Assembly: GCA_937967325.1 (NCBI GenBank)
Contig: CALBSQ010000213.1
Coordinates: forward strand, 18,634 to 50,633
DNA from: an uncultured Chloroflexota bacterium
GTDB lineage: Bacteria > Chloroflexota > UBA4733
Direction: 5' to 3'
Length of the DNA: 32,000 nucleotides
Made by a program: the position numbers and the translations under genes. Below, piece after piece: positions 17,456-24,454 of the stretch (position 1 is the first letter of the stretch; every line of letters starts with the position of its first letter). A model generated the notes under the pieces. That model saw nothing but the letters and a program-made list of their open reading frames with translations, made no database searches and was not told the origin of the DNA.

Positions 17456-18259
17456 CTATGACGGTCGTTGTTCCGCCACCGCCTCAAGTCCGGTTGCCAG
17501 CCAGGTAGTGGCAAGCACGACCAGCACGATGGACAGCGCGGGGGGAAGTGCCCACCAGAGCCAGGCACGCCCGGCGAACAACAGCGGATAGGCAAAGGCC
17601 CACCCGAGCATGGCGCCCCAGCTCTGTATGGAAGGATCGCCCAGTCCCAGGAAGGCGAGCGTCGCCTCGGCGAAGATGGCAAAGCGGACCGTGAGCACGA
17701 TCTTCGCCGGCAGCAGTCCTACCGTGCCGGGAAACACGTGTACCCAGGCGATGCGGTACGCGGTCGCGCCTAGCGCCCGCGCCGACTCGATGTGCGTGCG
17801 TCCGCGGATGGCAATCACCTGCGCGCGGACAATGCGAGCGAAGGCCGGCCAGGAGAGCAGGCCCAGGGTCAGCGCGACGTGCCGCTGGCTCGGCCCGATC
17901 AGCGTCACCACCAGCAGGTAGAGGAGGAGGCTGGGGATAGCCAGCAAGAGGTCGGCGAGTGCCATGAGCGGTCCCTCCGCCTGCCTCCAGACGCCCGCGA
18001 CCATGCCGACGCTCCAGGACAAGATGGTTGACAGCGCCGTGATGAGCGCGGCCACGAGCAGTGAAGCGCGCGCGGCCCAGAGCCACTCGCTCAGGACATC
18101 CTGGCCGATGTCGTTGGTCCCCAAGAGATGGGCACGGTCAGGTGGCAAGAGCGGCATGCCGGTGACAAGTTTCGGGTCGTAGGGAGCAAGCGCAGGCCCG
18201 AGTAGGGCGAGTATCGCCGCCGTCGTGAGGAGCGCGGCTCCGAGCAAAGGGAACCTCAT
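17456..18259 (-). CDS. ABC transporter permease, peptide/nickel type (DppC/NikC-like)
   Basis: 267-aa membrane protein with LGTNDIGQDVLS and an EAA-loop-like HIESARALGATAYRIAWVHVFP. It overlaps the upstream permease gene by 4 nt. Confidence 0.9.
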   Translation of the reverse strand: MRFPLLGAALLTTAAILALLGPALAPYDPKLVTGMPLLPPDRAHLLGTNDIGQDVLSEWLWAARASLLVAALITALSTILSWSVGMVAGVWRQAEGPLMALADLLLAIPSLLLYLLVVTLIGPSQRHVALTLGLLSWPAFARIVRAQVIAIRGRTHIESARALGATAYRIAWVHVFPGTVGLLPAKIVLTVRFAIFAEATLAFLGLGDPSIQSWGAMLGWAFAYPLLFAGRAWLWWALPPALSIVLVVLATTWLATGLEAVAEQRPS

Positions 18260-19233
18260 CCGACCCGCCGTTCCAGGCGGCGATAGGCGAGCTCCAAGCC
18301 GAAGTTTACTGTCGGCACGCCCAGGCTGCCGAGCAAGAACACCGCTTGCAGCACCGGGTAGTCGCGGGCGGCGATGGACTGATAAGCGAGCAGACCGAGT
18401 CCCGGCACTGCGAAGACGCGCTCGACCACGATGGCGCCACCGAGGACCTGGCCGAGCCGGAGGCCAAACAGGGTCATCACCGGCAGCAAGGCATTGGGCG
18501 CGGCGTGGCGGGAGGCGACCTGAGTTTCCGAGAGGCCTTTGGCGCGGGCGGTGGTGAGGTAGGTCTCGGTCAGAACCGAACGCACGGCGCCACGTGCCAC
18601 CAGTACGAAGGCGGCGCTGGTGGCCAGCACCAGCGTCAGCGCCGGCAGGGTCAAGTGCCAGGCGACGTCGACGAGAGCGTGCGGCCAGTCGGGGTTGCGT
18701 CCTGGATCAGACGCGAAGACGGTCTGCCCTCCGTGAAGCGGAAACCAGCGTAGGGCGACGGCGAATCCAAGCAGCAGCGCTATCGCGGTAAGGAACTCCG
18801 GCATTGCAGCCAGGCCGCTAGACAAGGTAAGCACAGTTTGGTCGAGTTGCCCGCCTCGCCAGGCGGCGAGCAACCCCAAGAGCGAGCCGGCGACACTGGA
18901 CACGATCAGCGCGGTCACCAGCAGCCCGAGCGTCCAAGGTAGGCGCTCGCCGACCAGATCGCGCGCCGGCGCTGCCTGACTGATCGACCAGCCGAGGTTG
19001 CCGTGGGCTAGGTCGTTCAAGTAGGACAGGAGCTGGCCGAAGAGCGGCTGATCCAGGTGATAGTAGGCGCGGAGCTGGACGCGGGCTTGCACGGTCAGCG
19101 TCGAGGTTGCGGGGCTTATCCCGTCCGGCGCGGCGGCGGCGAGCGGGTCACCCGGCAGGAGCCGGGGGAGGAGGAAGTTGAGCAGTACCACGGCGACAGC
19201 CAGAGCCAGGTAGCGCCCAATCAGCCGTGCCAT
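18256..19233 (-). CDS. ABC transporter permease, peptide/nickel type (DppB/NikB-like)
   Basis: 325 aa. It shows the family N-terminus (RYLALAVAVVLLNFLLPRLLPGDP) and the motif YLTTARAKGLSETQV. Confidence 0.9.
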   Translation of the reverse strand: MARLIGRYLALAVAVVLLNFLLPRLLPGDPLAAAAPDGISPATSTLTVQARVQLRAYYHLDQPLFGQLLSYLNDLAHGNLGWSISQAAPARDLVGERLPWTLGLLVTALIVSSVAGSLLGLLAAWRGGQLDQTVLTLSSGLAAMPEFLTAIALLLGFAVALRWFPLHGGQTVFASDPGRNPDWPHALVDVAWHLTLPALTLVLATSAAFVLVARGAVRSVLTETYLTTARAKGLSETQVASRHAAPNALLPVMTLFGLRLGQVLGGAIVVERVFAVPGLGLLAYQSIAARDYPVLQAVFLLGSLGVPTVNFGLELAYRRLERRVG

Positions 19234-19239
19234 CCCGAA

Positions 19240-20808
19240 TTACCGGCGGAGGAAGGACAGCTTGTTCTGAACCAGTGGCGCGCCGTCGATCAATCCGCCC
19301 CAGGTGTTCATCGGCGTGTACTTCGTACTGTCGTAGGTCCAGTAGAAGCGGCGGTAATACAACGTGATTGTGGGCAGCTCGTCCGCCAGGATAGCTTGCA
19401 GCTGGTAGACCAGTTGCTTCCGTTTGGCCTCGTCGAGGGTGACAGCCTGCTCGCGGGCAAGCTGACCGAATTGCGCGTTGGAGAAGATGGAGCCCTGGGC
19501 GTAGTCATTCGCTTCCGTGCCGGAGTACCAGCGCCGCAGAAAGTCAGGGTCGCCGCCGATGCCGATGTGTTGGACCAATCCGAGCTGGAAGTTGCCCTCG
19601 CGCAGGAGCTGGGTCCTTGTTGCGCTGTCCACGCGCTTGACGGCCAGAGTGATCCCCACTGCTTGCAGCATTGGCTGCAAGAGCTCGGGCTCGCGGTTGG
19701 CAGGATCGGCGAGCAGCTCGATGGCGTATTGCTTGCCCCGCAGCAGCGCGCGGGCCTTCTCCGCGTCGAAGCTGTAGCTACGCACGCGGGGATCGTACCA
19801 GGGCGTTTCCGGCGGAATGACGCCAGCGCTTCCGACGACGGGCAGACCCTTCGTGATCACCTGGGCGAGACGTGTCCTATCTAGCGCGTACATGATGGCC
19901 TGCCGCGTCACCTTGTTGTCGAGCGGCGCACGCTTCGTGTTGACGGCTAACCGGACCACGGAGAGCGGTGGGGTCGCCAGAACCTTGATTCGCGAGTCGC
20001 CCTTGAAAAGCTCGTTGACCGACGCATCCGTGCCCCAGGAAAGGTCCAATTGCCCCTGTTGCACTGCCTGGACGCTGGTCGCCGCCGGCACATTGAGCTG
20101 CTCATATTGCCGCGTGGTGGGCGAGCCGTGGAAATACCCCGGATTGGCGGTCAGGCGATAGGCGCCCTCCGCCGGACGGTATTCCGCCAGCTTGAACGGG
20201 CCACTACCGACGCTGGCGTCGGCGCCGCCGTACGTACTGGGGTCGGCCACATTCGACCAGACGCGCTTCGGAACAATGGGAACGATGCCGGCAACGTCCT
20301 CCAAGAATGAAGCGTAGGGTTGTCGCAGCCGCAGGCGGATCTGGTCCGTGTCCAGCACCGTGGTGCTCTCCACCATCGTGGTGTCCGTCCAGCGGTAGGG
20401 GTGGCGCCCGTAATAGTCGAAGGAGAACGCCACGTCGTCGGGCGTGAGCGGTTGTCCGTCCTGCCAGCGCACATTGGGCGCCAGCGCGAAGGTGTAGTCG
20501 CGGCCATCCTCGGACGTTGCCCACTTCTTAGCGAGCCACGGAATGATGCCGTGCTCGTCTTTCCAGGTCAGTGTGTCGTAGATCAGCGTCAACAGTACGG
20601 GCCCCCCTGGCCCGGCCGTGGACACTCGGAAAGGGGTGGGCACGCCGACATCCGCCCAGGCGGCACGGATGGTGGGGAGTGGGGGTTGAGGGTTGGGGGA
20701 TAGGGACCGCTGGTCAGGTCTCGGCGACACTACGACGGAATCGGCGCCGCAGGCGGCGAGGAGTCCTAGAACTCCGGTGACTACGCCACCCTTGATGAAT
20801 AGGTGCAG
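19240..20808 (-). CDS. ABC transporter substrate-binding lipoprotein, family 5 (DppA/OppA/NikA-like)
   Basis: The family-5 core is present (LTWKDEHGIIPWLAKKWATSEDGRDYTFALAPNVRWQDGQPLTPDDV). The track ORF starts at GTG 20730 and has no signal peptide. Extending in frame to CTG 20808 gives (M)HLFIKGGVVTGVLGLLAACGADS, a lipoprotein signal peptide, and AGGAGG lies 6 nt upstream (20815-20820). A start at 20808 is my inference. The conservative coordinates are 19240..20730. Confidence 0.8.
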   Translation of the reverse strand: MHLFIKGGVVTGVLGLLAACGADSVVVSPRPDQRSLSPNPQPPLPTIRAAWADVGVPTPFRVSTAGPGGPVLLTLIYDTLTWKDEHGIIPWLAKKWATSEDGRDYTFALAPNVRWQDGQPLTPDDVAFSFDYYGRHPYRWTDTTMVESTTVLDTDQIRLRLRQPYASFLEDVAGIVPIVPKRVWSNVADPSTYGGADASVGSGPFKLAEYRPAEGAYRLTANPGYFHGSPTTRQYEQLNVPAATSVQAVQQGQLDLSWGTDASVNELFKGDSRIKVLATPPLSVVRLAVNTKRAPLDNKVTRQAIMYALDRTRLAQVITKGLPVVGSAGVIPPETPWYDPRVRSYSFDAEKARALLRGKQYAIELLADPANREPELLQPMLQAVGITLAVKRVDSATRTQLLREGNFQLGLVQHIGIGGDPDFLRRWYSGTEANDYAQGSIFSNAQFGQLAREQAVTLDEAKRKQLVYQLQAILADELPTITLYYRRFYWTYDSTKYTPMNTWGGLIDGAPLVQNKLSFLRR

Positions 20809-20891
20809 GCAACGCCTCCTCGTGGTCTGGGGCGCCGCCCATACAATTCGTCATGGCTCTTCGGTAACCATCCAGCATGCACGCGTCGTAC

Positions 20892-21746
20892 TCAGAAGGT
20901 CTGATTGGCAATTGCCAGGTGATAGCGCGTGTAGCGTTCGAGGTCGGATCGCTGAACCGCGGTGAGCACTTCACAGACCCAGCCCCAGTGCAGCGAGACC
21001 CAATCGCCCGGCTCGGCCGCTTCAGCGAAGCCGCTGCCGTCGATCTGGCGGAGGACCCGCTCCGAACGGGGATTGGCGAGCACGAGCTTTCCCTCCTGAA
21101 TTACCAGTGGCCGCCGCTCGACTACGAGCTCGCCGCCAACGGTCTGGCCGACCTTGCCCCAGCTCACCCGGCAGTTATCCAGCGTGGACAGCGAGTGCTC
21201 CAGCGCGCCGACGCGGCTATGGACGTCCAGCACGTGGAAGTTGTGGTGCGGGTGGGCGCCGGCCGGCGCCTTGCCCAGCACCAGCTCACGGGTCCGGCCC
21301 TGCAGCTGCTTGCCAAACCGCTCCAGGAGCGAGTCGTAGAGCTGCCGCACCTCGACGCCCTTCAGCAGATCGTTGCCGATCCAGTATGCCTCGACCACAC
21401 GGGCGTCGAAGGGGTCGGCGATGCCGTTCGCCCTGGCTATGAGCTGCAGGTAGGGCAGCGCCCCGGTGAATCGACGCAGGAGTGCCGTCAGCCCGCCATC
21501 CACGACTCCGGCCTGCGCATATTGCATCAACGCACGGTTGTCCTCGCCGCCGCAGTATTGGAGCCGGTTGGGCATGAAGCCGTAACGGATGAAACGGAGC
21601 GACCCCGCCAGCGTCTGCGCGGTAGCCTTTGCCGGCAGGATGGAGCGGTCAATCGTCGCGACGCTTCTTGATGGCTGCTCGGTGACGTCTCCGGCCGGCG
21701 TCGCGATCCTGGCCTCTCCCCCCTGCCTGGTTGATGATTGATTCAT
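20892..21746 (-). CDS. Conserved hypothetical protein, last gene of the hydrogenase operon
   Basis: 284-aa ORF with normal composition. It is coupled to hypC by an ATGA overlap. I cannot assign a family with confidence. Confidence 0.6.
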   Translation of the reverse strand: MNQSSTRQGGEARIATPAGDVTEQPSRSVATIDRSILPAKATAQTLAGSLRFIRYGFMPNRLQYCGGEDNRALMQYAQAGVVDGGLTALLRRFTGALPYLQLIARANGIADPFDARVVEAYWIGNDLLKGVEVRQLYDSLLERFGKQLQGRTRELVLGKAPAGAHPHHNFHVLDVHSRVGALEHSLSTLDNCRVSWGKVGQTVGGELVVERRPLVIQEGKLVLANPRSERVLRQIDGSGFAEAAEPGDWVSLHWGWVCEVLTAVQRSDLERYTRYHLAIANQTF

Positions 21747-22036
21747 CGTTGTGCTCCACGACCGCGCTGACCGGCCGGCTCGGCGCCACGCAGCAGGTCG
21801 TCCATCGCGTCTGGGGCGTCCAGCATCGCAGCTATCTCCTCTATGAGCGCCAGGATCTCACGCGCCTCCGTGGCGTCCAGCCGCTCGATGGCGGCGTCGG
21901 CATGCAGCAGCACGTAGTCGCCTGGAGTCAGCTCAGGTAACGCGGCACTCACCACCGACCGGACACGCCCGTCCACCCACACGTCGGCACGGTGACCGAC
22001 AACTCTGACGACCTCACGAGGAACGGCCAGGCACAT
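21743..22036 (-). CDS. hypC: Hydrogenase assembly chaperone HypC/HupF
   Basis: It starts MCLAVPREVVRV..., the invariant MCLxxP N-terminus, and is 97 aa long. The longer track ORF (to 22357) is an out-of-context 5' extension overlapping the protease gene. Confidence 0.85.
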   Translation of the reverse strand: MCLAVPREVVRVVGHRADVWVDGRVRSVVSAALPELTPGDYVLLHADAAIERLDATEAREILALIEEIAAMLDAPDAMDDLLRGAEPAGQRGRGAQR

Positions 22037-22553
22037 CGGCAGTCTCCCCTCCACCCGCCCTGTTGGGCATGGCCTCGATGAGCTCGTGAATCGTCCGTGC
22101 GGCCACCGCCACGGCCGCTTGAACCGGCGGGCTGAGTCCCTCGGAGAGCTCGTCGCAGTCGCGCGGTTGGCAGCCAACGAGAAGCGTGCGCTTGGGTAGC
22201 ACGTCGAGCGCCTTGGCCAGAACGAACACGCGCGACGGCTCGGCGAGATGCAGGTTGGAGAACGTGGACTGCCAATCACCGGCTGAAAGCGCGTGGGGGT
22301 TCGGCACGGACGGTTCCAGCACGAATACCGTCCCCGGCGCCGCGCCGCGATCGACACTGTCGACCACGATCAAGGTCTCGTATCCATCCATCAACTGGTG
22401 TACGATGCTGAGTCCGCCGATACCCGTCTCGATCAGGTCGATAACCGACGGCAGACGATCCTCAGCGGCCAGCCGGCGAGCAACGGCGACGCCGAAGCCG
22501 TCGTCGCCGCGGAGGACATTTCCCACCTCCGCGACGAGTACCCGCCCGCTCAC
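22014..22553 (-). CDS. [NiFe]-hydrogenase maturation endopeptidase (HyaD/HybD family), canonical copy
   Basis: GTG 22553 is preceded by GGAAGGAG and overlaps the upstream stop (GTGA). VLVAEVGNVLRGDDGFG gives the GNxxxGDDGxG motif, and VVDSVD and NLHLAEP supply the Asp and His metal ligands. Confidence 0.85.
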   Translation of the reverse strand: MSGRVLVAEVGNVLRGDDGFGVAVARRLAAEDRLPSVIDLIETGIGGLSIVHQLMDGYETLIVVDSVDRGAAPGTVFVLEPSVPNPHALSAGDWQSTFSNLHLAEPSRVFVLAKALDVLPKRTLLVGCQPRDCDELSEGLSPPVQAAVAVAARTIHELIEAMPNRAGGGETADVPGRSS

Positions 22554-23412
22554 GCCGTGGCTCCTTCCAGGAGGCCGATTCGCACGTCGTCGCCCTCGAC
22601 GGCGATGGGCATGACGCCGAGGCCAGCGCCGGGGCCGTCGAGTCGCTTGCCGCCGCGAAGGTCGAAGCGGCAGCCATGCCAGGGGCACTGGAGCACGGTT
22701 CCCTGTACGCGGCTGCCATCTAAGGGCAAGGGAGAGCCGGGGCAGGCGTTCCGGTAGGCGTACAGCTCACCTGCCAGGTTGGCAATCAACGCTCGCTCCC
22801 CTCCACGTCGAGGCCACGCACGCTGCCTGGCGGTAGCTCGGAGACTCGGAGCACCGTCCTCCAGCTCAGCCGCGGACGCGCCATCGCAACGTTTGAGAGT
22901 GGAATGAAGTTTGCGGGCGGGCTGGGTGGCGGCTCCAGCGCGTCCAGACGGATGAAGTCGGGAAGTCCTTCGTGGAGCGCCTGTTCGATCACGTGGTGAA
23001 GCGTCGCGGCCGAGCCATGGCAGCCATGGCAGGAACCGGACAAGCGCAGCGTCACCACGCCGGCTTCAGCCGCGACGACTTCCAGGCGGCCGCCGTGCGA
23101 CTCGATGTAGGGTCGCACGCCATCCAGTACCGCCTCCGCCCTGATCCGCTCGCCCCCCTCACCGAGGTCGTACATGTCGAACAACAGCCGGACTTCGGGG
23201 TCGTCGAGCGCCCGCCGTTGTAGCCCTGCCATCGTTAGCAGCTCGCCCAGCCGCCGCATTCCGGCGCGATGGACGATGTCGTCACACTGGAGCAGCTCGA
23301 AAGCGCGCTCCTTGACGGCCGCATCGGGGTGCTGCTCGAAGGCATGGACGAGGTCGTCCAGCCGGTCGACGGCAGCGACGAGCTCGGGCGGCAATTCGCG
23401 CTCAGGCTCCAT
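22550..23412 (-). CDS. NifU-like / Rieske-like Fe-S protein (HhyE-like?), split by a 1-nt frame change at 22786-22789
   Basis: ORF 22786..23412 contains a NifU C-terminal-type module (SHGGRLEVV...VTLRLSGSCHGCHGSAATL) and the first strands of a Rieske fold (SWRTVLRVSELPPGSVRGLDVEGSER). ORF 22550..22789 continues that fold (IANLAGELYAYRNACPG...LQCPWHGCRFDL). The junction reads cgTTGAttg. Confidence 0.7.
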
Positions 23413-23430
23413 GTTCCACCTAGACCTCTC

Positions 23431-23823
23431 TCAATGCGGGTGGGTCGGGCAAGGTTCCCCGGCATGCGCCGGGTCGTGGCAGAAGCAGCCCGGCGCGCAC
23501 TCGCCGTGCGCCGGACGGGTGAGCGAGGCGAACTCGTCACGGAAGCTTCGACCTCCCTCGGTCCTCCCCATCTCGGTCAAGCGATAGCGGCAAACCCGTC
23601 CTGGGACGCGCTCCAGGTATCCGCCAACGGCGAGCCGGCTCAGCTGGTGGGCCACCGCGCGGCCTGGTGAGGCGAGGAACTGGGCAAGCTGCGTGCTCCC
23701 GACCGCGTCCGCCAGCCCTTCACCCTGGAGCCAGTACATCGCTTGCAGTATCTCGTCCTGCCAGAAGAGCTCATTGAGCGCCGCGCGTCCGGAAGGCGGG
23801 GCCGGGTGAGAGGATCCGTTCAT
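23431..23823 (-). CDS. Hypothetical protein with a winged-helix-like body and a Cys/His-rich C-terminal tail
   Basis: ATG 23823 overlaps the upstream stop (ATGA). The tail is HGECAPGCFCHDPAHAGEPCPTHPH. The body (LAQFLASPGRAVAHQLSRLAVGGYLERV) looks wHTH-like. The track ORF's extra 26 N-terminal codons are Gly/Arg-rich and probably not translated. Confidence 0.6.
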   Translation of the reverse strand: MNGSSHPAPPSGRAALNELFWQDEILQAMYWLQGEGLADAVGSTQLAQFLASPGRAVAHQLSRLAVGGYLERVPGRVCRYRLTEMGRTEGGRSFRDEFASLTRPAHGECAPGCFCHDPAHAGEPCPTHPH

Positions 23824-24359
23824 ACCCGCACCTCCCGCTGCACCATCGCCTCGACCGCGTCCATGGCTACCGCCACCGGAGGGCTGAAGTCCGGTCCCCA
23901 CTCCTGGTCGCGCGGCTCGATCTCGATGATCTGCACCTGCGCCGGCAGCGCGCGGAAGTAGCCGGCGACCGCGAGCAGGTTGTCCAGGCTCACCACTCCC
24001 GTGACCGCCTCTGCCACCCGCGCCTGCACATCCTCAGCACTCAGAGCATCCGGAGCCCAGGTATAGCGGTCCACGCTGCCAGGCTCGCGACCGCGTGGCA
24101 CTGCCGCGAGAAAGAGCGCAGCGTCAAACGGCCCGTTGGCTTGCAGCCAATGGAGCGCCAGCACCGCGCCCAGGCTCAGATCCTCGACCTCCACGCCCGC
24201 CGGCCACTCCCGCGACCGCAGCCGTTCTGCCAACGCCGGCCCCGCCGACAGGTCGCGCAAGTTACTGTAGCCAATGCCGGCGACGAGCAGGCGCGGCGGC
24301 CGGGGAGCCGGGGAGCCGGGGAGCAAGGGAGACCTGGCGCGGACGGAGCGGCAGAGCAA
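23820..24359 (-). CDS. Divergent hydrogenase maturation protease-like protein (catalytic motifs degenerate); start uncertain
   Basis: LLVAGIGYSNLRDLSAGPALAERL... aligns with the HyaD/HybD N-terminus but lacks GDDG. The usual Asp and His positions are not recognisable. The only in-frame start is TTG 24359, it has no SD, and it lies inside the hairpin element. Confidence 0.55.
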   Translation of the reverse strand: MLCRSVRARSPLLPGSPAPRPPRLLVAGIGYSNLRDLSAGPALAERLRSREWPAGVEVEDLSLGAVLALHWLQANGPFDAALFLAAVPRGREPGSVDRYTWAPDALSAEDVQARVAEAVTGVVSLDNLLAVAGYFRALPAQVQIIEIEPRDQEWGPDFSPPVAVAMDAVEAMVQREVRV

Positions 24360-24451
24360 GCGGATGCCACGATTCCGATTTGCTAACCGTCATCTCCAAC
24401 CGAATTCTCCCCGGCTCCCCGGCCCCTCTGCTCCCCGGCTCCCCGGCCGCC
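24295..24451. repeat. Intra-operon hairpin element, same family as 11527-11676
   Basis: GGCGGCCGGGGAGCCGGGGAGC (24295-24316) is exactly complementary to 24430-24451. Further (GAGCCGG)n register-shifted pairing is possible (24317-24334 with 24407-24422). The core contains GGACGGAGCGG (24341-24351), identical to 11562-11572. Confidence 0.75.
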
Positions 24452-24454
24452 CCG

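Noticed and set aside
21743-22688. Long 5' extensions of the hypC ORF (to 22357) and the protease ORF (to 22688)
   Set aside because: HypC must begin at its MCLAVP Met (22036). The protease has an SD-preceded GTG at 22553 that overlaps the upstream stop. The extensions are Arg-rich and overlap real genes.
24295-24451. Heptamer repeats (GAGCCGG)n, and the GATGAGGCGAGGGGGC repeats at 11521-11558, considered as a CRISPR array or simple satellite
   Set aside because: Each has only 2-3 units with no spacers, and each set has a reverse-complement partner about 90 nt away. They are hairpin arms, not CRISPR repeats. No cas genes are in the window.
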